Below, piece after piece: positions 1-10,387 of a DNA stretch of 64,000 bases. Numbering within the stretch: position 1 is the first letter of the stretch; every line of letters begins with the position of its first letter. The notes below the pieces were generated by a model. That model was given only the letters and a program-made list of their open reading frames with translations. It ran no database searches and was not told the origin of the DNA. Origin of the DNA: Prochlorococcus sp. AG-355-B18. Its GTDB lineage: Bacteria > Cyanobacteriota > Cyanobacteriia > PCC-6307 > Cyanobiaceae. Location of the stretch: the NCBI GenBank assembly GCA_003280965.1, contig QCDI01000005.1, forward strand, positions 32,001 through 96,000, given 5' to 3'. A program made the position numbers and the translations under genes.

Positions 1-191
1 GGTCTATCTGTAGCAGATAATTGACCCATTGTTTTCAAGATAATTGACAACTCACCTTTTTTTCCCAATAAAGAGACTCTCAGTTTATCCAATTCTTCAT
101 GAGTATTAGAATTATCTATATTATTTTTTGCTTTTAGAGAAAGATTATTTAGTTTTTCCTCAATTTGACTTAATGATTCAATTTGACTCAC
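1..191 (-). CDS. pheS: Phenylalanine--tRNA ligase alpha subunit, N-terminal part (runs off window)
   Basis: Manual translation from GTG at 191: MSQIESLSQIEEKLNNLSLKAKKNIDNSNTHEELDKLRVSLLGKKGELSIILKTMGQLSATDR; the LxxLRVxxLGKKG motif is typical of the PheS N-terminal coiled coil. Confidence 0.85.
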   Translation of the reverse strand, partial: MSQIESLSQIEEKLNNLSLKAKNNIDNSNTHEELDKLRVSLLGKKGELSIILKTMGQLSATDR

Positions 192-259
192 TGATATAGT
201 AAAAATAAGTATTGCCTTATCTTACTTAAATATCGTCCATAAATAAAATGTATTGATTA

Positions 260-1069
260 ATGAAACCGTTAAATATACTAATAAGCAATGATGATGGTGT
301 TTTTGCAGCGGGGATAAGAGCGTTAGCAAAATCAGCTCAAAAAAGAGGTCATAAGGTAAAGGTGGTATGTCCTGACCAAGAAAGATCAGCTACTGGTCAT
401 GGCCTTACTTTACAATCTCCATTGAGAGTGGAAAAAGCTGACGAATTATTTGGGGAAGGAATTGAAGCTTGGGGATGTTCTGGCACACCTGCTGATTGCG
501 TCAAATTAGCACTATCTGAACTCTTGGATCATAAACCTGATCTAGTACTATCTGGAATTAATCACGGGCCCAATTTAGGGACAGATATTTTTTGTTCAGG
601 TACTGTCGCTGCAGCGATGGAAGGCACTTTAGAAAATGTTCCCTCAATGGCAATAAGTGTTGCTAGTTTTAAATGGAAGAATTTCGAATTTGCTGGAGAA
701 ATTGCAATGAATATTGCCGAACAAGCAATTAATGATAGTTGGCCAGCTTCACTTCTATTGAATTTGAATATACCCCCTTGCGAGAAAAGCAAAATTAAAG
801 AATTATCCTGGACAAGATTATCAATCAGAAAATATAAAAATCAATTTTCCAAAAGAGAAGATCCAAGGGGTGACGATTATTATTGGCTTGCCGGTGAGGT
901 TGTTTTAGATCTTAAATCAAAAGGTTATGGTCCAAAGAAATGGCCAAGTGACGTATCACAAATACAAGAAAATAAAATATCTCTTACGCCCGTTGAGCCA
1001 GATTTATTTTGGAGGGGTAATTTAGACAAATTACCTAAAATTAATACTTCACTTATAAATCCTTCTTAA
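260..1069 (+). CDS. surE: 5'/3'-nucleotidase SurE
   Basis: [15 protein letters not shown] and [10 protein letters not shown] motifs. Confidence 0.97.
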   Translation: MKPLNILISNDDGVFAAGIRALAKSAQKRGHKVKVVCPDQERSATGHGLTLQSPLRVEKADELFGEGIEAWGCSGTPADCVKLALSELLDHKPDLVLSGINHGPNLGTDIFCSGTVAAAMEGTLENVPSMAISVASFKWKNFEFAGEIAMNIAEQAINDSWPASLLLNLNIPPCEKSKIKELSWTRLSIRKYKNQFSKREDPRGDDYYWLAGEVVLDLKSKGYGPKKWPSDVSQIQENKISLTPVEPDLFWRGNLDKLPKINTSLINPS

Positions 1070-1582
1070 AAGCCATAAAGAAAAGCACAGTCCAAAAAAA
1101 TGAGCAGCAATAACTTGTGTGTTACTAAGGACTGATAATATCTCAAGTCCAGTAATTGGAATATCAGATGTCGCCGTTATCAATTGTCCAGTTGTTTGAG
1201 AAGATGCTTGTATAAATAAAGCACCCATAAGAGCTTGATATCCAATTAAACCAAACAAAATTCCTAATAAATCAACTATTAGTCCTCGTTTTATCAATTT
1301 ACTGGTTTGTCCCCTTGAAGGTCTTGCGTTACTTGCGATTGCTCTTCCTGTTCTAACTATTAACCAACCCTGCCAAAGACTAAAAAGTAGTAAAATCAAG
1401 GATATTGTCGTAAGCGATAGACCAGGTGCTAAGCCAAGCTGCCCCTCGCTATTATTTACAACATTTGAAAAAAGCAAAACAGCTGCAACAACAACACCTA
1501 AAATGGATTGAACCCAAAAACGTATCCATCCAATGCGCCGCATTCCAAATGAAAGGGACTGAAAATCAATTTTGTCAGACAT
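1049..1582 (-). CDS. Cyanobacterial membrane protein, DUF3611 (Tic21/PIC1-like) family
   Basis: Four hydrophobic segments; GWIRFWVQ start and NTQVIAAHF end. Confidence 0.75.
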   Translation of the reverse strand: MSDKIDFQSLSFGMRRIGWIRFWVQSILGVVVAAVLLFSNVVNNSEGQLGLAPGLSLTTISLILLLFSLWQGWLIVRTGRAIASNARPSRGQTSKLIKRGLIVDLLGILFGLIGYQALMGALFIQASSQTTGQLITATSDIPITGLEILSVLSNTQVIAAHFFGLCFSLWLLRRIYK

Positions 1583-1650
1583 TCATTTGATTGAATAAAC
1601 TATAATCTATTCAAATTTGCCATCAAAATCATAAAATTGCACGTAATCTT

Positions 1651-2574
1651 TTGATCTCTTTAATATCGCCATCTGAAGTTAAGAATCCTACTTCAATAGC
1701 TATTGGAAGTTTTGATGGCCTACATGCTGGCCACAGAAAATTAATTAAAAGTGTAGTTGAAGAAAATCAATACACCCCAACAATTGCAAGCTTCTGGCCT
1801 CATCCCAGAGAAGTTTTATACAAAGAGACACGTCTTAGACTTGATCTCCCTTATGAAAAACTACCTATCCTGGAAGATCTTGGGATTGAACAATTAGTTC
1901 TGATTCCTTTTGATAAAGAATTATCTAAATTGAGTGCAGAAAAATTTGTAAAAGATATTTTGATAAATCAATTACAAGCAAAAAACATTTCTGTAGGTGC
2001 TAATTTTAAATTTGGTTTCAGAAGAAGTGGAGACATAAATACTATAAAAAATACAATTAAAGATACTGATATTAAACTAAAAATTACTCCAATTTTAGAA
2101 GACAACGAAGGTAGAATCAGCAGCAGCAGGATAAGAGATTTACTTGAGAAAAGTGACCTGAAAAATGCTTTCAAAATTCTTAATAGGCCTTATAGTTTTA
2201 ATGGAAAGGTTGTTAAAGGTAAAGGGATTGGAAAAAGTATAGGATGGCCCACAGCAAATCTTGAAATAGATGGCAGAAAATTTTTACCTGGAGAAGGAGT
2301 CTACGCATCTTGGGCAACCATAGAAAATTCTAACCAAAAAATTGAATCTGTTATGAATCTTGGCTCTCAACCAACAATAAATCCTTTACTGCCATCTGCA
2401 GTTGAAGTTCATTTAATAAATAAAGAGATTGATCTATATGGTTTAAACCTATCTGTAGAGCCAGTTGAAAAGCTTAGATCTCAAATTAAGTTTAAGAATA
2501 TAGATCAACTTTCTAATCAAATTAAAAAAGATAGAGATAATGCTATAAGAATTTTTAAAAACTATAAAAAATAA
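1651..2574 (+). CDS. ribF: Bifunctional riboflavin kinase/FAD synthetase
   Basis: GSFDGLHAGH, ISSSRIR, GWPTAN and VEVHL motifs. Confidence 0.97.
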   Translation: MISLISPSEVKNPTSIAIGSFDGLHAGHRKLIKSVVEENQYTPTIASFWPHPREVLYKETRLRLDLPYEKLPILEDLGIEQLVLIPFDKELSKLSAEKFVKDILINQLQAKNISVGANFKFGFRRSGDINTIKNTIKDTDIKLKITPILEDNEGRISSSRIRDLLEKSDLKNAFKILNRPYSFNGKVVKGKGIGKSIGWPTANLEIDGRKFLPGEGVYASWATIENSNQKIESVMNLGSQPTINPLLPSAVEVHLINKEIDLYGLNLSVEPVEKLRSQIKFKNIDQLSNQIKKDRDNAIRIFKNYKK

Positions 2575-2581
2575 ATTACAA

Positions 2582-3637
2582 ATGCTTAATTCCAATACTA
2601 CAAATGCTGATAATTTAAGAATTTATCAAATTATTGACGCTAATCTGGATAGAGCTAGAGAGGGCCTAAGAGTATTAGAGGATTGGGCTAGATTTGGTCT
2701 AGGTAAAGAAAAATATGTTGCAAGGATAAAAAATTTTAGACAAATTTTAGGAAAAAATCATTTAGAAGTTTATAAACAATCTAGAAATCACATAGAGGAC
2801 AAATGTAAAGGATTGACCCATGAAGAGCAACTCAACAGAAAAACCTCTGAGCAAATAATAAGTTCTAATTCAGGCAGAGTTCAAGAAGCATTGAGAGTCA
2901 TAGAAGAATTCTCAAGGTTACATAATAATGCGCTTTCAAAAATCGCTTCAGAAATTAGATATGAAATTTATACTATAGAAATTGACTTATTAAGTTTAAG
3001 CAAGCGTAAAAATTCGGAAGAAATATTAAAAGAAAATGATTTATATGTAATCACAGATCAAACGGATAATTTATTAAAAATAATAGAAGAGATTTTAATT
3101 GCGGGAGTAAGAATTATTCAACATAGATTTAAGACGGGAACTGATAAAGATCATCTTCAAGAAGCAATTAAGATTAAAAATCTATGTAAAAAATATAGTT
3201 CTTTGTTCATCGTTAACGACAGAATTGATATAGCTTTAGCATCAAATGCAGATGGCATTCATCTAGGTCAAGATGATTTAGACTTAAAAACCGCAAGAAA
3301 ATTATTAGGTCATTCAAAATTAATTGGTGTAAGTGCAAATAATGAAATTGATATTTCTAATGCTCTTAAAGAAGGTTGTGATTACATAGGAATTGGCCCA
3401 GTATTTGAAACTGCAACGAAAAAAAATAAAAAACCTATAGGTATTGAAAGGATCAAAAAATTAACAAAAGATTTAAATATTCCTTGGTTTGCTATTGGAG
3501 GAATTAAAACAAATAATATTTCATATTTAAAAAGCAATGGTTTCAAAAAAGTTGCCTTAATTTCGCAAATAATGAATTCTGAAGATCCCAAAGAAGACGC
3601 TATTATGATCCTAAAAGAATTGTCTCATGAAAATTAA
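2582..3637 (+). CDS. thiE: Thiamine-phosphate synthase with cyanobacterial N-terminal extension
   Basis: IDANLDRAREGLRVLED N-domain; NDRIDIA, GIHLGQDD and AIGGI motifs. Confidence 0.95.
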   Translation: MLNSNTTNADNLRIYQIIDANLDRAREGLRVLEDWARFGLGKEKYVARIKNFRQILGKNHLEVYKQSRNHIEDKCKGLTHEEQLNRKTSEQIISSNSGRVQEALRVIEEFSRLHNNALSKIASEIRYEIYTIEIDLLSLSKRKNSEEILKENDLYVITDQTDNLLKIIEEILIAGVRIIQHRFKTGTDKDHLQEAIKIKNLCKKYSSLFIVNDRIDIALASNADGIHLGQDDLDLKTARKLLGHSKLIGVSANNEIDISNALKEGCDYIGIGPVFETATKKNKKPIGIERIKKLTKDLNIPWFAIGGIKTNNISYLKSNGFKKVALISQIMNSEDPKEDAIMILKELSHEN

Positions 3638-3836
3638 TGTAAATGGTGAGGAAAAAAAAATAGAACTTGATCAAGAAAATGCTCTATTGTCTACAGCGCT
3701 TAATTCCATGGGATATAAACCCAACACAATTGTTGTGGAGTTAAATAATTTAATTGTCAATTCAATGAAATGGGAAAAAGTGAAACTTAAAGATGGGGAT
3801 AATCTAGAAATCGTTTCAATAGTTGGTGGTGGTTAA
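3627..3836 (+). CDS. thiS: Sulfur carrier protein ThiS
   Basis: 69 aa, ends in EIVSIVGGG, overlaps thiE. Confidence 0.95.
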   Translation: MKINVNGEEKKIELDQENALLSTALNSMGYKPNTIVVELNNLIVNSMKWEKVKLKDGDNLEIVSIVGGG

Positions 3837-3947
3837 AAGAAAAGATCTTTTATATTCAAAATCTTCATAATTTTTTAAGTTTAGGCTTGAAACAATAACC
3901 AAATTTTTTCAATTTTCGTTTTATATTCTTAATACTTAAATAAAAAA

Positions 3948-4115
3948 ATGAAAGATAAAATTGATAATAATTCAAGATCTCTAAAATGGGAGCAAAATGG
4001 AGAGTTAGCTCATAAAGATCTCTCTGAATTAATAGAAAGATTAAAAAATGTAGAAAGTGAACATGCCTCTTCTGAGTTATCTAGATTAGGTACAAAATCA
4101 AACATAAAAGATTAA
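3948..4115 (+). CDS. Small hypothetical protein, 55 aa (not in ORF track)
   Basis: Manual translation MKDKIDNNSRSLKWEQNGELAHKDLSELIERLKNVESEHASSELSRLGTKSNIKD; protein-like composition, fills the gap after thiS. Confidence 0.65.
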   Translation: MKDKIDNNSRSLKWEQNGELAHKDLSELIERLKNVESEHASSELSRLGTKSNIKD

Positions 4116-4158
4116 ATTTGTTACTTAGATCTTGTTTTTATAAAAATTTGTACCAAAT

Positions 4159-4164
4159 TATAAT
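4159..4164 (+). promoter_or_regulatory. Putative -10 element (TATAAT)
   Basis: Perfect TATAAT 18 nt upstream of the ATG at 4183; AT-rich context lowers specificity. Confidence 0.4.
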
Positions 4165-4182
4165 TACTGAATACAAATGTAA

Positions 4183-4314
4183 ATGCCGAAAAGATTTCCA
4201 GAGTGGGTTAACACTGAAGTAGTGATTAAAGCAATCAAAATGCGAGAGGAAGGAATGCTTTCTAAACAACTTAATTTATGGATAGAAAATCTATTAGAAA
4301 TAGAAAAAAAGTAA
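4183..4314 (+). CDS. Small hypothetical protein, 43 aa (not in ORF track)
   Basis: Manual translation MPKRFPEWVNTEVVIKAIKMREEGMLSKQLNLWIENLLEIEKK; stop lies 4 nt from the convergent larB stop. Confidence 0.6.
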   Translation: MPKRFPEWVNTEVVIKAIKMREEGMLSKQLNLWIENLLEIEKK

Positions 4315-4318
4315 GTAT

Positions 4319-4975
4319 TTAGGAGATACTTTTAATAATTCTTAGAGCCGCCATTGCAGCTCCAAATCCATTATCTATATTCATAACTGCGATACCTGGA
4401 GAACAACTTGACAACATACTATTTAAAGCAGTTTCTCCATTTTTGCTGACTCCGTAGCCAACTGAAACAGGCACTGCGATTATTGGTTGGGGTAATAATC
4501 CTCCCACAACTGTTGCCAAAGCTCCTTCCATTCCAGCACAAACTATTAGTACATCATATTTATCAATTTCTTCTAACTGACTCATTAATCGATGAAGTCC
4601 TGCTACGCCAACATCTATAAAAGATTGACAATTCAACCCATAAATTTCAAGCGCTAATTGTGCTTCAAGTGTTACGGCCAAATCACTTGAACCCCCTGAA
4701 ATTATGGCAACTTTTTTATTTGTGTTTATTTTTTTATGATTTTTTCCAATTATTAGGCAATTTGCTTCTTCATAAAAGCGTGCATCATCATGCAAATCTA
4801 AAAGATAATTAGCCTTTTCACTATTAATCCTAGTAATGAAAACAACCTCATTTTGACTTAATACACTTTCAGATACTCTCTTTAATTGGTCGATACTCTT
4901 GTCTTGACCCCAAATTGCTTCAATAAGTCCAAGCCTCTCTCTTCTTTGAAAATCAAATCTAATATCAAAATTCAT
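4319..4975 (-). CDS. larB: LarB/CpmA family PurE-like protein (nickel-pincer cofactor biosynthesis / circadian phase modifier)
   Basis: DVGVAGLHRL, AGMEGALATVVGGL, VPVSVGYG and NIDNGFGAA motifs. Confidence 0.9.
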   Translation of the reverse strand: MNFDIRFDFQRRERLGLIEAIWGQDKSIDQLKRVSESVLSQNEVVFITRINSEKANYLLDLHDDARFYEEANCLIIGKNHKKINTNKKVAIISGGSSDLAVTLEAQLALEIYGLNCQSFIDVGVAGLHRLMSQLEEIDKYDVLIVCAGMEGALATVVGGLLPQPIIAVPVSVGYGVSKNGETALNSMLSSCSPGIAVMNIDNGFGAAMAALRIIKSIS

Positions 4976-5418
4976 CCTTGCTTATCTAACTCTCCTTCAT
5001 AAATTAATTCAAAAGGATTTTCTTCTAACTTTAGAGCTGTTTTTACATTATCTTCAAATTTTTCTTGGACTACATTTACCTCTGACATTGGTATACTTTT
5101 CCATAATTTTTTACTTTCCCAATTTACCAATATTAAAGCTTCTTCCTTTTCTTTATCCCAATATAATTGTCTCCCCAAAAAACCCTTTTGAGAAGATAAC
5201 CATGGATCCCAGACTTCTTTTTCAGCAGTCAACCATGCTGCTTTTGAAGCCGCTGGGACTTTAAGTCTTAATTCCTCTATAACAATTTCACCTTGATAAT
5301 TATCCATAGGAAGAGCTTGTAAATTAGGAAAATCAGATTGAAAATTTAAAACTACGATGCAAATCAATAATAAACAAAATTGTTGAAATTTTCTTCTCAA
5401 ATTTAAATTTAATTTCAT
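4972..5418 (-). CDS. TIGR03792-like cyanobacterial protein with N-terminal signal/TM segment
   Basis: [10 protein letters not shown]...W...[19 protein letters not shown] pattern (dimeric alpha/beta barrel-like). Confidence 0.7.
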   Translation of the reverse strand: MKLNLNLRRKFQQFCLLLICIVVLNFQSDFPNLQALPMDNYQGEIVIEELRLKVPAASKAAWLTAEKEVWDPWLSSQKGFLGRQLYWDKEKEEALILVNWESKKLWKSIPMSEVNVVQEKFEDNVKTALKLEENPFELIYEGELDKQG

Positions 5419-6635
5419 TTTTTCTCAAGTAGCACTACTGAATGGCAACTAATTCCCTCTTCTCTTCCTTCTGGACCCAATTTTTCATTAGTAGTCGCTT
5501 TAATCCCAATTAAATTTTCATCTATATTTAAGGTCTCAGAAATATTTTTTTTCATTAGCTTTATATGTGGCATTATTTTTGGCCTTTCAGCAACAAGAAC
5601 ACTATCAATATTATTTATTTCCCAACCATCTTTTCTTATCAAGTCAATTACTTTTGATAACAAAAACAAGCTATCAGCATTTTTCCATTTTTCATCAGAT
5701 GGGGGGAAATACTTTCCTATGTCGCCCAACGAAAGTGCTCCCAATAATGCATCCATTATTGAGTGACTTAAAACATCAGCATCACTATGACCATCCAATC
5801 CTAAATTTTCAGGATGATGCAATTTCACACCTCCAATAATTAAATCTCTATCCTCTACTAGTCTGTGAATATCGTATCCATTACCTATTCTAAATTTCAT
5901 GAATTGATTATTTTCTTTTATTATTCTCTTACTTTGTGAGGATTTTTTGTAGTTTTCATTTGAAATTAAGTCACTTCTTCTCTCCAATGTTCTTTCAAAA
6001 CTTTTTCTTCTTCTCCACGATTTAATCTCTTCATGATTACCGCTCACTAGAATATCTGGTACTTTCATATCTTTAAACGTTAACGGCCTCGTGTATTGAG
6101 GATATTCTAATAAAGAAGCATTATGACTCTCATCGACTAAGGAGTCTGGATCACCAAGAGTTCCTGGTAATAATCTAGTCAAACCATTAATTATTGATAT
6201 AGCGGGTATTTCACCTCCAGAGAGTACATAATCTCCTATGGATATCTCTTCATCAGCTAAACATCTAATCCTTTCATCAAAACCTTCATATTGACCACAA
6301 ATAATTATTATTTGATCCAAAGAGGACCATCTCGCAAGATCCTTTTGCTTTAGGACTTTACCCTGTGGGGTCATCAGCAAAGTTTTACTTTTAGGTAGTT
6401 TTCTAATTGATTCATATGCCTTATAAATAGGTTCAGGTTTCAATACCATACCTGCTCCTCCTCCATACGGCTTATCGTCTACTTGTCTGTAAGAACCTTC
6501 TCCATATTCTCTCAAATCATGTAAATTCACATTGATCAAATTCTTATCTAATGCTTTTGTTATGACCCCTAAATTATTTATTAATTCAAAAGCTTTAGGG
6601 AACAACGTAATTACATCAAAATTAAAACCACTCAT
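5415..6635 (-). CDS. trmD-ispF: Fused tRNA (guanine-N1)-methyltransferase TrmD / MEcDP synthase IspF
   Basis: N-part: [43 protein letters not shown]-part: [29 protein letters not shown]; no stop between the two parts. Confidence 0.95.
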   Translation of the reverse strand: MSGFNFDVITLFPKAFELINNLGVITKALDKNLINVNLHDLREYGEGSYRQVDDKPYGGGAGMVLKPEPIYKAYESIRKLPKSKTLLMTPQGKVLKQKDLARWSSLDQIIIICGQYEGFDERIRCLADEEISIGDYVLSGGEIPAISIINGLTRLLPGTLGDPDSLVDESHNASLLEYPQYTRPLTFKDMKVPDILVSGNHEEIKSWRRRKSFERTLERRSDLISNENYKKSSQSKRIIKENNQFMKFRIGNGYDIHRLVEDRDLIIGGVKLHHPENLGLDGHSDADVLSHSIMDALLGALSLGDIGKYFPPSDEKWKNADSLFLLSKVIDLIRKDGWEINNIDSVLVAERPKIMPHIKLMKKNISETLNIDENLIGIKATTNEKLGPEGREEGISCHSVVLLEKK

Positions 6636-7547
6636 CTAGAAATCTTCCTCATAACCAAACTCAATTAATCTTGATTCTTTTTTTCTCCAATTTGGAACCA
6701 CTTTCACAAACAACTCTAGGTGAACTGGACCATCAATTAATTTTGACATATTTGATCTTGCTGACTGACCAATCATTTTTAACATTGAACCTTTCTTTCC
6801 AATAAGAATGCCTTTTTGAGTTGATCTTTCAACAATAATAGTAGCCAAAATAGCTGTAAAAACTTTGCCATTTTTTCTTTTAATTTCCTCTCTCTTTTCT
6901 ATCTTTACTGCGACACTATGAGGTACCTCTTCTCTTGTATTTTTTAATACCTGCTCTCTTACTAAATCAGATAATAAGTTATCTAATGGTTGGTCGCAAA
7001 TCGTCTCTTCACCATAAAGTTTTGGTCCCTCTGGAAGAAAATTAAGTGCCATATCGACTAGTTCAGAACATCCCTCTCCTTGAGAAGCACTTACAATTTG
7101 AAAGTTTCTATTAATTCCAAAAAATCTCCTATATTGATCTAATCGTAAATTCCTAAATTCTTTATTAACCAAATCCCACTTATTCAATGCCACAATAAAC
7201 TCAGTTTTATTTGCGATTAGAAAATTCAAAATATATTCATCACCTCTACCAGGTTCTTCACTTGAATCAATTACAAAAATTACCATATCAACTCCATTAA
7301 TTGCAGATTTTGCGTTTTTTACTAATATCTCTCCAAGTCGATGATGAGGTTTATGAACGCCTGGCGTATCAACAAAAATTATTTGCCCACTGTCTGTAGT
7401 AAGTATTCCTTTTAATTTATTTCTAGTAGTTTGCGCTATTGGAGAAGTAATTGTTATTTTTTCTCCAATCAATTTATTTATTAAAGTAGATTTACCCACA
7501 TTTGGCCTTCCTAGTAAAGTTACAAACCCAGATCTATAATTGGCCAA
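6636..7547 (-). CDS. era: GTPase Era
   Basis: GRPNVGKST, QTTR, DTPG, NKWD motifs and KH-domain ILIGKKG. Confidence 0.97.
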   Translation of the reverse strand: MANYRSGFVTLLGRPNVGKSTLINKLIGEKITITSPIAQTTRNKLKGILTTDSGQIIFVDTPGVHKPHHRLGEILVKNAKSAINGVDMVIFVIDSSEEPGRGDEYILNFLIANKTEFIVALNKWDLVNKEFRNLRLDQYRRFFGINRNFQIVSASQGEGCSELVDMALNFLPEGPKLYGEETICDQPLDNLLSDLVREQVLKNTREEVPHSVAVKIEKREEIKRKNGKVFTAILATIIVERSTQKGILIGKKGSMLKMIGQSARSNMSKLIDGPVHLELFVKVVPNWRKKESRLIEFGYEEDF

Positions 7548-7585
7548 AGACTTTTAATGCATCAATAATAAAATTCTGATCAAAA

Positions 7586-8113
7586 ATGGAAAAAAAAACC
7601 ATAAATTTAAAAGAAGCTTCATTCACGCAAGCAATAAATATATCCGCACAATGGTGCAAAGAGTGGGGTGAAGATTTACTCAGCGAAGAGGTTTTAGCAG
7701 ATAGAATCGCAGAGCTAACTAAAACAAAAAATGGACTCAGAGGATTTTTTGCATACGCTTTATCAGATAACGATTGTTTTTTGTTAGATAAACTTCCTTT
7801 TTCACTAATTTACAAACTGAACGAAGGTGGTGATGCTGTAACTGACGTAGTAGTAAAAAATTTAATAATGAGTTCCGCTCAAATTATTATTCATCGAAGA
7901 GATAATAATCGTGAATATGAGATAACATCAGAAAACATTTCAGATAGATGTAAGGCTATTCTAAGACTGCTAGAAACTAAGTCAGTTACAAAGTCTGTCA
8001 ACCAAGTCCTTAGAGACTTAGATGATATGGGCAATAGTTTTGATAATTCAGTTAAATATGACTCCGAGCAAAAGGAATTCATAAAAAAACAAATTCTTGA
8101 TATCGCCCAATAA
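7586..8113 (+). CDS. Conserved cyanobacterial hypothetical protein
   Basis: 175-aa ORF with NGLRGFF and VKNLIMSSA segments; followed by a terminator. Confidence 0.75.
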   Translation: MEKKTINLKEASFTQAINISAQWCKEWGEDLLSEEVLADRIAELTKTKNGLRGFFAYALSDNDCFLLDKLPFSLIYKLNEGGDAVTDVVVKNLIMSSAQIIIHRRDNNREYEITSENISDRCKAILRLLETKSVTKSVNQVLRDLDDMGNSFDNSVKYDSEQKEFIKKQILDIAQ

Positions 8114-8140
8114 AAAAGCGTAGAAATAAATCTACGCTTT
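8112..8140. terminator. Intrinsic terminator between convergent genes, possibly bidirectional
   Basis: Perfect 10-bp stem AAAGCGTAGA/TCTACGCTTT with 6-nt loop; A-run on the left gives a U-tract on the minus strand. Confidence 0.8.
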
Positions 8141-8164
8141 GGATTAGTTTTTTACTTAATTTGT

Positions 8165-8902
8165 TTAGTCTCTTCTTCCGCCGCCTTGAAGTGCAATCAT
8201 TAATCTTAATATGAAAACGAAAAGATTAATGTAGGTTAAATACATACCTAAAGCCCCTGCCAAGTATTGATCGTCACTATATCTTCTTGGCATTGTATAA
8301 AAATCCACAAAAGACATTGCGACAAATAAAACTGTTCCAAATCCTGCGATAATCAACTCAAGCCCTGAACCTCCAAAAACACCTGGGGCAAAGAATCCTC
8401 CGATTAATTGAACGAACATTGCTATAAGAAGTCCTATTAACCCAAGACCGACAACACCACTTAGTGCTTGACCAACACTATCACTCATCCTCTGACCGGT
8501 ATAAGAGGCAATAACAAAAGTTATACCTGTAGCTAAAGCAGCAGTTCCGACCGAACCAATACCAATTGTTCCTATTGCTAAAGCAACTATTCCACTTAAG
8601 GTGAATCCAGTAAGCAAACTAAATCCTGTAAGTAAAGGCAAGGCCTTTGCATTATTTGCATTATTTGCAGCGCTTGTGGCTATAAAAAACAAAACCAATT
8701 CTGCAATTAAAGCAACTATTGAGAGAGGCTGAAAAAGCGCTGGGTTCGTTGCTATGAGTGAGACACCTGCTAAAACACCTAAAGAAGTTAGAACCATACC
8801 TCCGCCTACGTAAGGTAGAGCTTTTTGAACAACATTAGGTCCAACAATTGAACTTGTTTGTGCTTCACGAATAGCTTGATTAAAATTACTACTTGCTGGC
8901 AT
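8165..8902 (-). CDS. Bax inhibitor-1/YccA family membrane protein
   Basis: About 7 TM segments; C-terminal ALGMYLTYINLFVFILRL. Confidence 0.9.
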   Translation of the reverse strand: MPASSNFNQAIREAQTSSIVGPNVVQKALPYVGGGMVLTSLGVLAGVSLIATNPALFQPLSIVALIAELVLFFIATSAANNANNAKALPLLTGFSLLTGFTLSGIVALAIGTIGIGSVGTAALATGITFVIASYTGQRMSDSVGQALSGVVGLGLIGLLIAMFVQLIGGFFAPGVFGGSGLELIIAGFGTVLFVAMSFVDFYTMPRRYSDDQYLAGALGMYLTYINLFVFILRLMIALQGGGRRD

Positions 8903-8974
8903 TTTTTTTTAATATATTTTTTATTCTACTTGATTTTTAAAATTTCAGGGTACGGATCTCCAGAGTTATTATGG

Positions 8975-9931
8975 TTATTGATAAGCCTCAATTATTTTCT
9001 GAACTAAAGGATGACGAACTACATCTTCAACAGTTAAAAAACAAAATTTTATTCCTTCAGTTTTAGAGAAAATTCTTGATGCTTCAATGAGGCCGCTTTC
9101 CTGATCTTTTTTCAAATCAATTTGTGTAATATCTCCGTTTACTACCATTTTTGATCTCTCACCTAATCTGGTTAAAAACATTCTCATTTGAGAGCAGGTT
9201 GTGTTTTGAGCTTCATCTAAAATAACCATGGAGTTATCCAAGGTTCTGCCTCTCATAAATGCTAGGGGTGCTACTTCAATAATTCCTTTATCGATTAGAG
9301 AATTTGTTCTATCAAAACCGAAAATACTATGTAAAGAGTCAAAAAGGGGTCTTAAATATGGATCTACTTTCTGTTGTAAATCACCGGGCAGAAATCCCAA
9401 ACTTTCTCCAGCTTCTACTGCTGGTCTAGTTAGAACAATTTTTTCTATCTTTTTCTCGTTTAATAGTCTTGCTGCACATACAGTTGCCAAAAATGTCTTT
9501 CCTGTGCCAGCTGGACCAATTGCGAAAGTAAGATCAAAGTTTTCAATTGATTCAACATATTCTTTTTGCCTTATAGTTCTAGGTCTTAAATATCTTCCTT
9601 CTTTTGAACGCGCTAGGACTTTCTTCCCAAGTTCTGCATGTGAAGATGACTCTCCCATATTTAAGGAACTTAAAGCCGCTTTTAGATCTACCTCTGGGAC
9701 TTCTAACCCTTGTTCCCAAATTGGTCTTGTCAGCTCTACTAATGCTGAAGCTTTCTCAATTTTAGATATGACGCCGTTCATCTCAAGTTGCAAGCCTCTT
9801 ATAGTTAAAGAAACTCCAGTAAGAGACTCAAATTTTTTTAAGAAAGAATTACCGGGACCTGACAATGCTGTAGCTGCATCAGAGCTTGGCAAATCTATTT
9901 TGAAGTGACCAGTTTTGGAAACTTCCGTCAT
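8975..9931 (-). CDS. phoH: PhoH-family ATPase
   Basis: GPAGTGKT, RPAVEAGE, LGFLPGD, RGRTL, DEAQN and GDITQID motifs. Confidence 0.95.
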   Translation of the reverse strand: MTEVSKTGHFKIDLPSSDAATALSGPGNSFLKKFESLTGVSLTIRGLQLEMNGVISKIEKASALVELTRPIWEQGLEVPEVDLKAALSSLNMGESSSHAELGKKVLARSKEGRYLRPRTIRQKEYVESIENFDLTFAIGPAGTGKTFLATVCAARLLNEKKIEKIVLTRPAVEAGESLGFLPGDLQQKVDPYLRPLFDSLHSIFGFDRTNSLIDKGIIEVAPLAFMRGRTLDNSMVILDEAQNTTCSQMRMFLTRLGERSKMVVNGDITQIDLKKDQESGLIEASRIFSKTEGIKFCFLTVEDVVRHPLVQKIIEAYQ

Positions 9932-9967
9932 CTAGTTATTGAATAAGAATAAAAATTTATCAAATCA

Positions 9968-10333
9968 CTAGCTTTCAGCTTCATTACTCTCGCTTTCAGC
10001 TTTACTAATATCATTTTCTTCATCTTTAGTTTTAGCTTTAGCTAATTTTTCCTTCTCTATCTTTGCTTTACCAATAGCGATGGAGGGTCTTTCTTTTTTT
10101 TCTAATAACCCTCCCTTTTCTAATAAAGTTCTTACAACATCAGTTGGCTGAGCACCTTGAGTAAGTCTTGTTCTTAAAGCTTCTGTATCAAGCCTGGTTT
10201 CCTTAGTTCTTGGATTATAAAAACCTAGTTCCTGTAGGGGTCTACCATCTCTTCTGGAAGTACTATTGCATGCAACAATTCTGAAACTTGCCTCTTTTTT
10301 CTTTCCAAAGCGCTTAAGGCGCAATTTAATCAT
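9968..10333 (-). CDS. rpsP: 30S ribosomal protein S16
   Basis: [23 protein letters not shown] and GAQPT motifs. Confidence 0.98.
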   Translation of the reverse strand: MIKLRLKRFGKKKEASFRIVACNSTSRRDGRPLQELGFYNPRTKETRLDTEALRTRLTQGAQPTDVVRTLLEKGGLLEKKERPSIAIGKAKIEKEKLAKAKTKDEENDISKAESESNEAES

Positions 10334-10387
10334 CTTAAATTAATGTATTTTTAATAATAATATCATTTAAAGGTAGAAATATAGAAA

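Noticed and set aside
2575..2581. TPP riboswitch ahead of thiE (and cobalamin riboswitch ahead of cbiB)
   Set aside because: Only 7 nt between ribF and thiE, cbiB overlaps ilvC, and no aptamer consensus was seen
9228..9908. 226-aa plus-strand ORF antisense to phoH
   Set aside because: Shadow ORF fully inside a well-conserved gene on the opposite strand; no recognisable motifs
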